DNA of 64,000 nucleotides from Chthoniobacterales bacterium (GCA_050736975.1 JBOHXL010000016.1:2208-66207); one strand, 5' to 3'; numbered from the stretch's first letter, positions 46,240 through 56,099 are shown. Notes: generated from the letters alone by a model not told the origin. Made by a program: numbers and translations.

Positions 46240-47658
46240 ATGCCGAAATTTTTCATCAAGACCTACGGCTGCCAGATGAACGAGCGCGACTCGGAGCAGG
46301 TCGCGCGCTCCCTGCTTGATCGCGGCTACGAAGTGGCGGCGAGCGAAACGGAGGCCGACATCGTGCTCTTTAATACTTGCAGCGTGCGCGATATGGCGGA
46401 GCAAAAAGCGCTGGGCAAGATGGGCATGCTTGGCCGGGTCGCAAAACAGCGACCGGAGGCGGTCTTTGGTCTCCTCGGCTGCATGGCCCAGGCGCGCGGC
46501 GATGAGTTGCTCAGGTTGGTCCCGCACCTCGATCTCGTGGTGGGGACGCAGAAGTTCCATCGCGTGGCGGATTACGTGGTGGAGCTGGTCGAGAGGAAAC
46601 GCGCCCGCCGGATGGATGATCCGCGTTTTTCGATCGTCGACACGGCAGAGGAAGAAAATTCTCAGGAAACCATCCGGGAACATGCGTTGCGACCGCGCCA
46701 GGCGACAGCCTTTGTCTCGATCATGCAGGGCTGCAACATGCATTGCACCTTTTGCATCGTGCCGCGGACGCGCGGCGCGGAACGCAGTCGCGCGATCGCG
46801 GAGATCGTCAGGGAAGTCGAAGAGCTGGTCGGGCGCGGAGTGAAGGAAGTCACACTTCTCGGCCAGATCGTCAATCTCTACGGCCGCCACGAGTTTCCAA
46901 AAGCCGGCGACAAGAGTGCTTTTGTCCAACTACTAGAGGCGGTGCATGAAGTCGACCAACTCAAGCGACTGCGCTTTACCTCGCCGCATCCGGTTGGATT
47001 TCGCGCAGACCTGATCGAGGCGTTTCGTGATCTGCCGAAACTTTGTCCGCACGTGCATTTGCCGTTGCAGTCCGGTTCCGACCGGATTCTCAAGGCAATG
47101 CATCGCACCTATACGGCGGAGAAATACCTTCGGCTGGTCGAGCGGCTGCGCGCCGTCCGCGAGGACATTGCCCTAACGACGGATGTAATCGTCGGATTTC
47201 CCGGCGAGACGGATGAAGATTACGAAATGACGCGCGGTCTGGTTCAGCAGATCCAGTTCGATAACGCCTTCGTCTTTCGCTATTCTGCGCGAAGCGAAAC
47301 GCCGGCCGCCGGAATGGCTGGGCAAATCGACGAGGGAGTGAAGGAAGCGCGCAATCACGATTTGCTCACGGTCGTAGATGCCGCTGCACGGCGCGCCGGC
47401 GAACGATGGGTCGGGAGGACGGTGCAGGTTCTTTGCGAGGGTCCAAGCAAGACAAACGCCGCGCGGCTCTCGGGTCGCACCCCGGGCAACAAAATCGTTG
47501 TTTTCGAGGGCGTTGAGAGCGACATCGGGGAACTCCTCGACCTCGAGATCATTCATTCGACCGGCTTCAGTTTGACCGGGACAAAACTGAAGGCGGAGGG
47601 CAGTTGTCATTTTCCGGCGATGGAAGAACTTCAGCCGCCCATCGCCGCGATTTCATGA
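46240..47658 (+). CDS. miaB: tRNA-2-methylthio-N6-dimethylallyladenosine synthase
   Basis: MPKFFIKTYGCQMNERDSE (UPF0004 domain), radical-SAM CNMHCTFC and a TRAM C-terminus. Confidence 0.9.
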   Translation: MPKFFIKTYGCQMNERDSEQVARSLLDRGYEVAASETEADIVLFNTCSVRDMAEQKALGKMGMLGRVAKQRPEAVFGLLGCMAQARGDELLRLVPHLDLVVGTQKFHRVADYVVELVERKRARRMDDPRFSIVDTAEEENSQETIREHALRPRQATAFVSIMQGCNMHCTFCIVPRTRGAERSRAIAEIVREVEELVGRGVKEVTLLGQIVNLYGRHEFPKAGDKSAFVQLLEAVHEVDQLKRLRFTSPHPVGFRADLIEAFRDLPKLCPHVHLPLQSGSDRILKAMHRTYTAEKYLRLVERLRAVREDIALTTDVIVGFPGETDEDYEMTRGLVQQIQFDNAFVFRYSARSETPAAGMAGQIDEGVKEARNHDLLTVVDAAARRAGERWVGRTVQVLCEGPSKTNAARLSGRTPGNKIVVFEGVESDIGELLDLEIIHSTGFSLTGTKLKAEGSCHFPAMEELQPPIAAIS

Positions 47659-48200
47659 TTTATCATCTTTCCCTGCACGCCGCCGGTTTGATCGCGGGCG
47701 CGGCTCTTGTCTTGTTGAGTCTGCTCGCGATTTTTTCGCCGGCGCAAAAATTCCTTCCGCAATTTCCTCGTTCCTGGCCGGCCGGCGTTGCGCTCCTCAC
47801 GGTTGATTTGATTTGGAGCTTCTGGCTCCTGGCGACGATGGAGATGGGAGAGTTCTCCAGTTTCCGGCGTCCGCTCCTGATCGTTCTCCCGGTCGGTTTT
47901 GTCCTTGTTCTAAAATTCGTTGATGAGTTTCTCGCCGTGCGGGCGCTCGGAATTCTTTGCCTGCTGGCCGCCGAGCCGCTTCTCGACGCGGCCTTCCTGC
48001 GGCCCGAAATGAGCCGACTGCTCGTGACGGTGCTCGCTTATCTGATGATCGTGCTAGGCTTGTTTTGGGTTACAATGCCCTACCTGCTGCGCGACCAGAT
48101 TGGTTGGAGAACGAAGCATTCGGGCCGCTGGCGCCTGCTTTCCGGACTTGGTTTTGCCTTCGGCGCGGCGATTCTGGTTTGCGCGTTCGTGGCCTATTGA
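47655..48200 (+). CDS. integral membrane protein, unknown function
   Basis: About 181 aa with 5-6 hydrophobic helices. ATGA overlap with the miaB stop, and its own stop overlaps the start of the next gene. Confidence 0.6.
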   Translation: MIYHLSLHAAGLIAGAALVLLSLLAIFSPAQKFLPQFPRSWPAGVALLTVDLIWSFWLLATMEMGEFSSFRRPLLIVLPVGFVLVLKFVDEFLAVRALGILCLLAAEPLLDAAFLRPEMSRLLVTVLAYLMIVLGLFWVTMPYLLRDQIGWRTKHSGRWRLLSGLGFAFGAAILVCAFVAY

Positions 48201-49096
48201 GGGGGATCCTCGTCATTCGCGGCGGCGCGATCGGCGATTTCATTCTCACTTTGCCCGCAATCAAGTTGCTGCGGGATGCCTTCCCGTCGGCCCATCTCGA
48301 GATTTTGGGTCACAAGCACATCATCGCGCTGGCGGAAATGAGCGGCTATGCCGATACCGTCCGCTCAATCGAATACGGGCCGCTCTCCAGTTTCTTTAGC
48401 CGCGACGGCGCGCTGGCGCCGGAATTGACCGAATATTTCCGCGGCTTTCAGCTGGTCGTCAGCTACCTGTTTGATCCGGATGAAATTTTTGCAAACAACC
48501 TGCGCCGCGCGGGAGTCCGAAATCTCATCACTGGTTCGCCCAAAATCACGGACCAGGAGCATGCCGCGCGGCAATTGGCGCGCCCGCTCGAGCGTCTTGC
48601 ACTTTTCCTCGACGATCCGGCCCCGCGGATCACGCCTAACGAGGCGAGAAACATCGATTCCGAATTGATCGCGATCCATCCAGGCAGCGGCAGCGAAAGG
48701 AAGAGCTGGCCGATCGCGCGCTTCGCGGCCCTGGCCGAAGCGCTCCTGCAAGAGAAGGAGAGCCGGGAGCTGCTTCTCGTCGAAGGTGAGGCGGATGCTG
48801 TGCGCGTGGCGCGACTGGAACGGGTTTTGCCCGAGAAAAGCACCCAGGTCGCGCGGAATCTCCCGCTCACCGAACTGGCGTGTCGCCTGCAGAACTGCGG
48901 AATGTTCATCGGCCACGACAGCGGCATCTCGCATCTGGCGGCCGCCGTCGGCACGTCGTCGCTCCTGCTTTTCGGCCCGACCGCTCCGGCAATCTGGGCG
49001 CCGCAAAATCCGCAGGTGCGGATCTTGCGTTCCCCCAGCCTAACGATGGGGGGGATTCAGCTTTCGGAGGTGATGGCGAGGTTGCGGGACCGGTGA
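48197..49096 (+). CDS. glycosyltransferase family 9 (heptosyltransferase-like)
   Basis: ILVIRGGAIGDFILTLPAIKLLR N-terminus and IGHDSGISHLAAAVG motif. TTG start at 48197 proposed; the long ORF from 47957 overlaps the membrane gene. Confidence 0.7.
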   Translation: MRGILVIRGGAIGDFILTLPAIKLLRDAFPSAHLEILGHKHIIALAEMSGYADTVRSIEYGPLSSFFSRDGALAPELTEYFRGFQLVVSYLFDPDEIFANNLRRAGVRNLITGSPKITDQEHAARQLARPLERLALFLDDPAPRITPNEARNIDSELIAIHPGSGSERKSWPIARFAALAEALLQEKESRELLLVEGEADAVRVARLERVLPEKSTQVARNLPLTELACRLQNCGMFIGHDSGISHLAAAVGTSSLLLFGPTAPAIWAPQNPQVRILRSPSLTMGGIQLSEVMARLRDR

Positions 49097-49156
49097 GGGT
49101 CGCACGAGCTTGCAGGCTGTGCCGTGGAATCCTGCAGGCTGGAAGCTTGCGCCACC

Positions 49157-50254
49157 CTAGGAGCTGATGCGCATCGGCATCAGGACGTAGAGGAATGGGC
49201 TTTGTATTTTGATTACGCCCGGGCTCATCTCATCGATCAGGTCGAGAAAGATCTCGTCCTCGGTCAGATTGCGGAGCGGCGCCATGAGGAACTCGGGATT
49301 GAAAGCGATGGAAAATTCGCGGCCCTTGTAAGCGACTGGCAACGACTCCTTGGCCTCACCGACTTCCGGAGTGTTGGCGGTAATGTCGATATTGTTCTTG
49401 GAAAAGTTCAGCTTGATCGAATTCGACTTGTCGCTCGCGAGGAGCGAGACACGGCGCAAGGAGTTGAGAAACGTTTCCCGCTCCAGTGTCACCCGTTCTT
49501 TCATCTCGCCCGGGATGACTTGCTTGTAGTTGGGATAATTTCCTTCGATCAATTTCGAGACGAGGAGCGTATTGTTGAGATCGAATGCGATCTGTCCGCT
49601 GCCGACACTGACGCGCACCTCGCCCTCATCGGTCAGGAGGCGCTGCAATTCCGTCACCGCCTTGGTAGGCACGATAATATCGGCTTCGTGGCTGCGCGGA
49701 AATTCGAGATCGATATCGAGCATCGCGAGCCGGCGTCCGTCGGTCGCGACCAGGGTCAGTTTGTTGTCCTTGAAGCTAAAGAGAACGCCGTTCAGGACGT
49801 AGCGCGTCTCGTCAGTCGAGATGGCATAGGAGGTCTTGCGCAGACCGTCGCGCAAATCCTTCTGCGGGATGGTCAGGACCTTGGAATCGTCGAATTTTGG
49901 CAGGGGCGGAAACTCTTCCTCGGGCAAACCGAGAATCTTGAAAAAGCTTTGGCCGCTTCGAATCGAGGCGGCGTTTTTGCCATCGATATCGAACTGAATT
50001 TCACTCGAAGGCAGCTCGCGAATGATGCTGAAGAGGCGGCGTGCAGGGAGAGTGGTGGCGCCTTCTTTTTCAACCTCCGCTTCGAAACTGCCACGCACTC
50101 CGACGTCGAGGTCAGTCGTTGTCAGGCGGACTTCCTTGCCATTGGTTTGCAGAAGGACGTTGGAAAGAATCGGGAGGGTGGTGCGGGTACTGACAACGTT
50201 CTGAACCTGTTGCAGACACTCGAGCAGCTTTTCTTTCGTAACGCTAAATTTCAT
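49157..50254 (-). CDS. dnaN: DNA polymerase III beta sliding clamp
   Basis: 365 aa. MKFSVTKEKLLECLQQVQNVVSTRTTLPILSNVLL..., three-domain clamp pattern, directly downstream of dnaA. Confidence 0.95.
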   Translation of the reverse strand: MKFSVTKEKLLECLQQVQNVVSTRTTLPILSNVLLQTNGKEVRLTTTDLDVGVRGSFEAEVEKEGATTLPARRLFSIIRELPSSEIQFDIDGKNAASIRSGQSFFKILGLPEEEFPPLPKFDDSKVLTIPQKDLRDGLRKTSYAISTDETRYVLNGVLFSFKDNKLTLVATDGRRLAMLDIDLEFPRSHEADIIVPTKAVTELQRLLTDEGEVRVSVGSGQIAFDLNNTLLVSKLIEGNYPNYKQVIPGEMKERVTLERETFLNSLRRVSLLASDKSNSIKLNFSKNNIDITANTPEVGEAKESLPVAYKGREFSIAFNPEFLMAPLRNLTEDEIFLDLIDEMSPGVIKIQSPFLYVLMPMRISS

Positions 50255-50326
50255 GAAGGCGGAAAGGAGTCGTTAAGTTGTAAGGCTTTCGATTTTATCC
50301 GGCAACCGCAATCTCTTCGGCGCGCC

Positions 50327-51679
50327 TCAGCGTTGCAGCGCGCTGTCGATGAATGAGATGGTCTGCCGGATCTTGTCCTGCTCTTTCATCCGCTTTTTCA
50401 CCTGCTTGCAGGCGTGCAGGACCGTGCCGTGGTCGCGTCCGCCGAAGGCTTCGCCGATTTCGTTCAGAGAAGCCTTCGTTAGTTCGCGCGCCAGATACAT
50501 CGCGATCTGGCGCGGGAATGCGATGTTGGCCGGGCGGCGTTTGCTTGTCATGTCGGCGAGCCGCACGTCGAAGTGCTCGGCGACGCGGCGCTGGATCTGA
50601 TCGATCGTGACGGCGCGGCGCGCTTCTTCCTGCAGGATGTCCTTGAGCAAATGCTCGACGACTTCGTGCGTCAGTTCCTTTCCGCTGAGGGAAGCAAACG
50701 ATGCCACGCGCATGAGCGCACCCTCCAGCCGGCGCACATTGGTCTTGATCCGCGTGGCGAGGAATTCGAAAATTTCGTCACGCAATTTAATGCGCAAAGT
50801 GTGCGCTTTTTTTCGCAGGATCGCGAGGCGCGTTTCGACGTCGGGCGGCTGTAACTCCGCCGTCAGCCCCCATTCGAAGCGCGAGACCAGGCGGTGCTCG
50901 AGGTTGGTGATCTCCGAGGCCGCGCGATCGCTCGAAAGAACGATTTGTTTATGGCCGTCGAAGAGGGTGTTGAAGGTATGGAAGAACTCTTCCTGGGAAC
51001 GCTCCTTGCCGCCCAGGAAATGAATGTCGTCGATCAGGAGCAGATCGGCCTGGCGGTAACGCTTGCGGAATTTGACCAGATTGTTGTGCTGGATCGCATC
51101 GATGAATTCGTTGATGAAGAGCTCGCTCGAGAGATACATCACACGGGTGTTCTTGCCCCGGGCCACGATGTATTGGCCGATCGCCTGCATGAGGTGCGTT
51201 TTGCCAAGGCCGACGCCGCCATAGATGAAAAGCGGGTTGTAGGTCTTGGCCGGCGATTGCGCGACAGCGAGGCTGGCGGCGTGCGCGATCTGATTGTTAG
51301 GCCCAACTACGAAGGATTCAAAGGTGTTGCGCGGATTCAGGCCCGAGGTGCTGCTGGCCCGCCCGGCCGCGGATTGGGTGGCGGCGATGTTTGGCTCCGG
51401 TGCAGCGGCATCGGAGCCGGCCGAGGTATCGATGGCACAGACGAATTTGACCGCGCGCGGACCATCCAGCACCGAGCTGATCGCGCTTTGCAAAGCAGGC
51501 ATGTGATTACTCTCGATCCAGAATTGATAGATGTTGTTCGGGACCAGAAGAGTGACTCCATCTGCGGTCACGCCAGTCAGTCTTACAGCAGAGAACCAGC
51601 GCTTGAAAGTGTCGGCGCTGACCTGCGGTTTTAAGGCGGCGGCCACCTTCGTCCAAAGTTGGGTACACTTCTCGTCCAT
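50327..51679 (-). CDS. dnaA: chromosomal replication initiator DnaA
   Basis: 450 aa with Walker A GGVGLGKTHL, Walker B LLLIDDIHF, and a domain IV HTH (FPRQIAMYLARELT...IGEAFGGRDHGTVLHA). Confidence 0.95.
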   Translation of the reverse strand: MDEKCTQLWTKVAAALKPQVSADTFKRWFSAVRLTGVTADGVTLLVPNNIYQFWIESNHMPALQSAISSVLDGPRAVKFVCAIDTSAGSDAAAPEPNIAATQSAAGRASSTSGLNPRNTFESFVVGPNNQIAHAASLAVAQSPAKTYNPLFIYGGVGLGKTHLMQAIGQYIVARGKNTRVMYLSSELFINEFIDAIQHNNLVKFRKRYRQADLLLIDDIHFLGGKERSQEEFFHTFNTLFDGHKQIVLSSDRAASEITNLEHRLVSRFEWGLTAELQPPDVETRLAILRKKAHTLRIKLRDEIFEFLATRIKTNVRRLEGALMRVASFASLSGKELTHEVVEHLLKDILQEEARRAVTIDQIQRRVAEHFDVRLADMTSKRRPANIAFPRQIAMYLARELTKASLNEIGEAFGGRDHGTVLHACKQVKKRMKEQDKIRQTISFIDSALQR

Positions 51680-51899
51680 GGCTACTTGTTAACAGCGTTA
51701 AAGAACGCCGGGAACGGTCGGCAGCGGAAGGAAATAACAAAAGAAATCGCGCCGCGCGCTGCAACGCGCTGGGGAGATCTCCGTTTTCGACCGAGAGCGG
51801 AGCCTGTGCGAAAATCCGTTACACGAGGGAAAAATCGCCCTTCCGGCGGCCGGAGAAACCGGCCGGGGCGAGCAAAAAGCCGCCGGAACGCTGGCTTGC

Positions 51900-52100
51900 A
51901 AATAATTCTGTTTTCTCTTCATACTCAGGACTCCGCTTTTAGGCCTTCATCTTATTCACATCTTGTTCACACCCGGTCTCTCTCGCTTCCGGCCTGCGGC
52001 TTGAGATTAGAAATCGGCTCGCGGCCACACAAGAAAAAATCGGAACTTTATTTTGTTTTTCCGCTCAAAAAATTCTTGACGAAAAAACGATTCGCGCAGG
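51900..52100. promoter_or_regulatory. candidate oriC segment: DnaA-box-like 9-mers plus an AT-rich unwinding region
   Basis: TTATTCACA (51952-51960) is one mismatch from TTATCCACA and TTGTTCACA (51963-51971) is two mismatches. An AT-rich tract CAAGAAAAAATCGGAACTTTATTTTGTTTTTCCGCTCAAAAAATTCTTGACGAAAAAAC lies at about 52029-52088, inside the 590-bp non-coding gap upstream of dnaA. Confidence 0.4.
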
Positions 52101-52269
52101 GTCGACCTTTTCGCAGGGAAAGGATCGCGCCGATCATGCAGCCTTCGTTAGGCAACCTTGCCCGCGGTCTTCCTGCGAGACGGTTCCGGCCAAAACTTTC
52201 CGATCCCGAAACGGCCCGAAAGTGTTCGCCAAGCCGAAGATTTGCCCGAAATTCGTGGACCGAAAAGGG

Positions 52270-52680
52270 ATGAGACCAAAAAAAAGAGAGGGCCGAAAGG
52301 CGCTCGGACCGATCGCACTGTTCCTGATCTGTCCCGCGATTTTCTTGGCCGCCTGCGCCACGACGCCGCCACCACCTGTGACGCATGTGGTCTTGATCTG
52401 GCTGAAGCATCCGCACCGCGTTGCCGATCGCACGCAGCTCGTGCGCATGGCGCATTCCCTGCGCATGATCCCTGGGGTGCTCCAAGTGGAGGCCGGGGGA
52501 TCGATTCCGCCGCTCGGTCCGTCCGTGCATCACGATTTTGATCTTGGCGTGGTGGTCACGTTTCGGGATCGCAGCGCGCTGCAACGTTACGAGAAGGATC
52601 CGCGTCATCTCGAAGCGATGAGCCATTATCTCCGGCCGCTGGTGCGGCATTACGAAGTTTATAACCTGGTTGCTCGTTAG
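52270..52680 (+). CDS. Dabb (stress-responsive A/B barrel) domain lipoprotein
   Basis: Lipobox LFLICPAIFLAAC followed by VTHVVLIWLK...FDLGVVVTFRDRSALQRYEKDPRH. Start at ATG 52270. Confidence 0.75.
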   Translation: MRPKKREGRKALGPIALFLICPAIFLAACATTPPPPVTHVVLIWLKHPHRVADRTQLVRMAHSLRMIPGVLQVEAGGSIPPLGPSVHHDFDLGVVVTFRDRSALQRYEKDPRHLEAMSHYLRPLVRHYEVYNLVAR

Positions 52681-52686
52681 GCGGCG

Positions 52687-53202
52687 ATGCGCATCCTGGC
52701 GGCGGCCGTGGCCGTCCTTTTCCTTTCGGCAGGTTTACTCGTGGCGGATGAAATTCCGCCCCCGTTCGGCTTTCGCTGGAACGATCCGGCGAGCCGGGTC
52801 GAAAAAGTCCTGAAAGGCGCGAAGGCGAAGATCGTCGACCGAAGCTCCGGTATTGGTCAGGAAGTCTGGACGGTCGAGGGCCTGATCCATCCGGGCTTGA
52901 AACGAACGCTTTTTACCTTCAAAAGTGGCCTACTCACCCAGGTCGAGCTCCAGTATGAGTATCCCGATTGGACGCTCGAACGTTACAACAGCCGGATGGG
53001 GGAGGTGCGTCGCTATTTTGATGCGAAGTACGGCACCGGTCGGCTGATTTCCCGCTCGCGCGATAACGACACCGAGGTCATCCAGACGCTCGTGGGTTAC
53101 CAATGGGTCGTGGGCAAATCCGCTCTCGAGCTTTTCTATTTCTCGGCGCAGAAGGAATCGAACGTTTATCGCAACATCACGGTGACCTACAAGGCGATCT
53201 GA
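52687..53202 (+). CDS. secreted hypothetical protein
   Basis: 171 aa with signal peptide MRILAAAVAVLFLSAGLLVA. No recognisable motif. Confidence 0.55.
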   Translation: MRILAAAVAVLFLSAGLLVADEIPPPFGFRWNDPASRVEKVLKGAKAKIVDRSSGIGQEVWTVEGLIHPGLKRTLFTFKSGLLTQVELQYEYPDWTLERYNSRMGEVRRYFDAKYGTGRLISRSRDNDTEVIQTLVGYQWVVGKSALELFYFSAQKESNVYRNITVTYKAI

Positions 53203-53253
53203 GTTCGTTTCAGTTGAAGCGGCGAACTGCCGGAGCGCCGGCGGCCTCTCGTT

Positions 53254-53835
53254 TTAACCCTTCAACGCCTCAACGCCAAGCCCCTGCGCCGTCTCCCTCT
53301 GCATCCGTTTCAACCGGCTCCGCAGCGCCACCTTGGTCGCCGCGCTCATCCGGTCGATGAAGAGAATGCCGTTGAGATGATCAACCTCATGTTGCAGGAC
53401 GCGGGCGAGCAAGCCGCTCGCCTCGATTTCCAGCGGCTCGCCTTCGGGCGTCTCGGCGCGCAGGACGACGGATATCGCCCGTCGGATATCGCCCGTGATT
53501 TCCGGGAAACTCAGGCAACCTTCCACCGCGATCCCAGTCTCCCGGCCCAGCGTTAGCTTTGGATTCAAGAGGACCAGCGGCATCGATCCCTTCGGCTCTA
53601 CCTCCGTCCCGTTGAGCGTCATTGTGCTCGCCTGATCTTCGGCGCCCGCGATATCGATCACGGTCAATTGTAGCGCCTCGCCGACCTGTTGCGCGGCGAG
53701 GCCGACGCCGTGCGCCTCCTGCATCGTCTCGAGCATGTTGGCGGCCAGCTCGCGAATCCAGTCATCAACCTTCGTGATTTGCTTCCCCTTCGCGCGCAGA
53801 ACCGGGTGACCGTAGCGAACGATCGGCAACTTCAT
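53254..53835 (-). CDS. def: peptide deformylase
   Basis: GVGLAAQQVG, EGCLSFP and HEVDHLNG motifs. Confidence 0.9.
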   Translation of the reverse strand: MKLPIVRYGHPVLRAKGKQITKVDDWIRELAANMLETMQEAHGVGLAAQQVGEALQLTVIDIAGAEDQASTMTLNGTEVEPKGSMPLVLLNPKLTLGRETGIAVEGCLSFPEITGDIRRAISVVLRAETPEGEPLEIEASGLLARVLQHEVDHLNGILFIDRMSAATKVALRSRLKRMQRETAQGLGVEALKG

Positions 53836-54242
53836 GGCGCGTGGGTCTGGGTGAAGGCGGGAAGATTCTTCACGCCCGCGAGCTTCAACGCATCCATCAC
53901 TTTCACGATGATCCCGAACGAAGCCTTCTCGTCTGCTTGCAGGACCAGCGTGCTTTTGCGCGCCGGTGGCAGATTCGTGATCGCTTCCTGCAAATCCTCC
54001 ACCGCGATCTCTTTCCCATCGAGCCTGAGCCCGTCTTTCGCATCCACACTCACGATCGCGTGCTCGAGCTCGGCCGGCTTGCTGACCGAGGTTTTTGATT
54101 CGGGCAGGTTGATGTTGACCTGCGGCTGGTCCTTTTTGAAGGTCGTCGAGACGACAAAGAAGATGAGCAGGATGATCAGGATATCGACCAGCGAGACGAT
54201 AATGATCGTTGGAGCGCGGCGTTTGCGGACGGCGAACTTCAT
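53832..54242 (-). CDS. exbD: ExbD/TolR biopolymer transport protein
   Basis: 136 aa with a single N-terminal TM (LVDILIILLIFFVV) and a periplasmic domain pattern. 4-nt overlap with def. Confidence 0.85.
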   Translation of the reverse strand: MKFAVRKRRAPTIIIVSLVDILIILLIFFVVSTTFKKDQPQVNINLPESKTSVSKPAELEHAIVSVDAKDGLRLDGKEIAVEDLQEAITNLPPARKSTLVLQADEKASFGIIVKVMDALKLAGVKNLPAFTQTHAP

Positions 54243-54263
54243 GGTCAGCAGCCGGCTACTTCG

Positions 54264-54992
54264 TCAGGTTAAAGGCGTCGGCGCATGCGCCATCGCTGGC
54301 GTCGGCACCGACGCGAACCGCGGCGACATCCCTTCCGGCACCCGCCCGTAGTAGCATTTGCTGATCAATTCCACGACCAGCGTTTCCATTTCCACCGACA
54401 TGACTTCGACCTTTTTTGAGAAATAGCTGAAGGCGATCAGGGTCGGGATGGCGATCGACAGACCAAAGACGGTGGCGTTGAGCGCTTCGGCAATACCGAG
54501 CGCGATTGCCTTGGTATCGGCCGTGCCGGTGCTTAACCCAAGGTGGGAAAAAACGTGCACCAGGCCCGAAACCGCGCCGATCAAGCCTAACAACGGCGCA
54601 ATGCCGGTGATGATTTCGAGCACGATGAGGCCGCGCTCGAGGATGACCATCTCGTGGCGGGCACGGGTTTCGACGGCTTCGATATTTTCCGAGCGCGGCG
54701 CGCGCAGGTGCTGTAAAGCGACCCGCGCAATGCGAGCGAGCGAAGAGTCATCCTCCTGCACGATACGCGCGAGGCGCTCTGGATTCCCGCCGGGCGAGAG
54801 GCGCTCGATCTCGCTTTCGATCACGAGCGGCAGAACATTCCTCCGGCGCAGCGCCACCGTCCGCAAAATGATGACCGTCAGGGCCACGATCGAACAGATG
54901 AGCAACGGCCACATGAAAAGGCCGCCGCGAATGAGAAAGTCTACCGCAGATTGCAAGGGATTGGCGGCTTCGGCGAGAAAGAGAGCGGTCAT
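54264..54992 (-). CDS. exbB: MotA/TolQ/ExbB proton-channel protein
   Basis: 242 aa with three TM helices and the conserved ITGIAPLLGLIGAVSG...ALNATVFGL region. Confidence 0.85.
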   Translation of the reverse strand: MTALFLAEAANPLQSAVDFLIRGGLFMWPLLICSIVALTVIILRTVALRRRNVLPLVIESEIERLSPGGNPERLARIVQEDDSSLARIARVALQHLRAPRSENIEAVETRARHEMVILERGLIVLEIITGIAPLLGLIGAVSGLVHVFSHLGLSTGTADTKAIALGIAEALNATVFGLSIAIPTLIAFSYFSKKVEVMSVEMETLVVELISKCYYGRVPEGMSPRFASVPTPAMAHAPTPLT

Positions 54993-56014
54993 TGGTTGGC
55001 GAAAATCGTGAAGGATTCTTCCATTGTAAAGTGACCATCGGGCAGCGTCGCGAGGAGATCATCGGGAATGGGCGGGAACTTAGTCTCCTGAATGGAACGC
55101 AGCGCGATGCTGGCCGAGGCCTCGTTGCCGGTGTTTTCGGTCATGCGCAGGTTCTGCACGCTTCCGTCGGCCAAAATTTCGAACGTGACCGAGGTGGTGC
55201 CGAGGCTGATCAGGTCGACCTTCGCCGCCGTGTAGTAGTACCAGCGTGAACCGATGGCGTCTTCGAGCAGCTTTTTGTAACGTCCCTGCGGTGTGCCGAC
55301 CGCATTCACCGCCGAGCGGCCACGGTTGCTGATCCCGCCGCGAATGATCGTTTTCTCCTGGAGATCGCGATAGCTCGAGGCCGGGCTCGGTGGTGTCTGG
55401 CTCGCTTCGGGGGTCGGCGTCGGCGTGGCGGTCGGGGTGGGAATCTGGGAGTTCTGCTCCGTTTCGGGCGGAGAAGGGATCGGCGTTGGTGTCTGGGTGA
55501 GCAAGGCAAGCTGGTTCGGTTCAGGTGTGGGCGCGGCCGGCGGGGCGGTCTCTTTGGGCATCGGTGTCGGCTGCTTTTCCGGCGGAGCCGTCGGCGAAGG
55601 CTTGGGCTGCGGCGTCGAACCAGCGCTGGCAAAGGAGTTCGGATGCTCCTCAAAGTTGGTGAAGGGTCGCTCTTTTCCGTCCTGCCCCGGCAGCTGATTG
55701 TCTTCCGTCGCCGCCTTCTCCGCGGCGGCAATCGAGTTCTCATTCGCCTCGAATGTTTTCTCTTTCGGCGCCTCGGCAGATTTGCGGTCCGCATCGGCTG
55801 TCGTCGTCAGTGCATGTTTCGGCACCAGCGGCGGCGGCGTTGGCTCGGGTGCTTGCATCAAAGTCAATTGCGGCGGGGGCTGTTCCTCCGGCAGAGCGAT
55901 GTCCGGCTGACGCCCGGCGAAGGCGGCCAGCGAAAGGCCGATCAGTAAATGAACCGCGATGGAGGCGAGCACAGCCCACCACACCAATCGTCGATCACGT
56001 TTTGGTTCCATCAT
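54989..56014 (-). CDS. TonB-like energy transducer with a long Pro/Thr-rich linker
   Basis: N-terminal TM (LVWWAVLASIAVHLLIGL), a roughly 170-aa P/T/E-rich spacer and a C-terminal globular domain. 4-nt overlap with exbB. Confidence 0.7.
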   Translation of the reverse strand: MMEPKRDRRLVWWAVLASIAVHLLIGLSLAAFAGRQPDIALPEEQPPPQLTLMQAPEPTPPPLVPKHALTTTADADRKSAEAPKEKTFEANENSIAAAEKAATEDNQLPGQDGKERPFTNFEEHPNSFASAGSTPQPKPSPTAPPEKQPTPMPKETAPPAAPTPEPNQLALLTQTPTPIPSPPETEQNSQIPTPTATPTPTPEASQTPPSPASSYRDLQEKTIIRGGISNRGRSAVNAVGTPQGRYKKLLEDAIGSRWYYYTAAKVDLISLGTTSVTFEILADGSVQNLRMTENTGNEASASIALRSIQETKFPPIPDDLLATLPDGHFTMEESFTIFANQ

Positions 56015-56099
56015 GGCGCTACCGTTGCAGGAAATTGTGTCGGCCTCTCACAGGCGCGGCTTTGGACGGCGGACGAGTTTCTTCAGGGGCGAAATTAAT

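Noticed and set aside
49097-49156. Repeated TGCAGGCTG... words (TGCAGGCTGTGCC / TGCAGGCTGGAAGCTTGCGCC) in the GT9-dnaN convergent gap, and a TGTAGCGGCGGCCGC segment at 37155-37200, considered as further members of the MITE-like family.
   Set aside because: Similarity to the CTGTAGCCG...CGGCTACAG family is limited to a few bases, and no alignment across the core is possible. They are probably unrelated short hairpin-forming GC-rich spacers.
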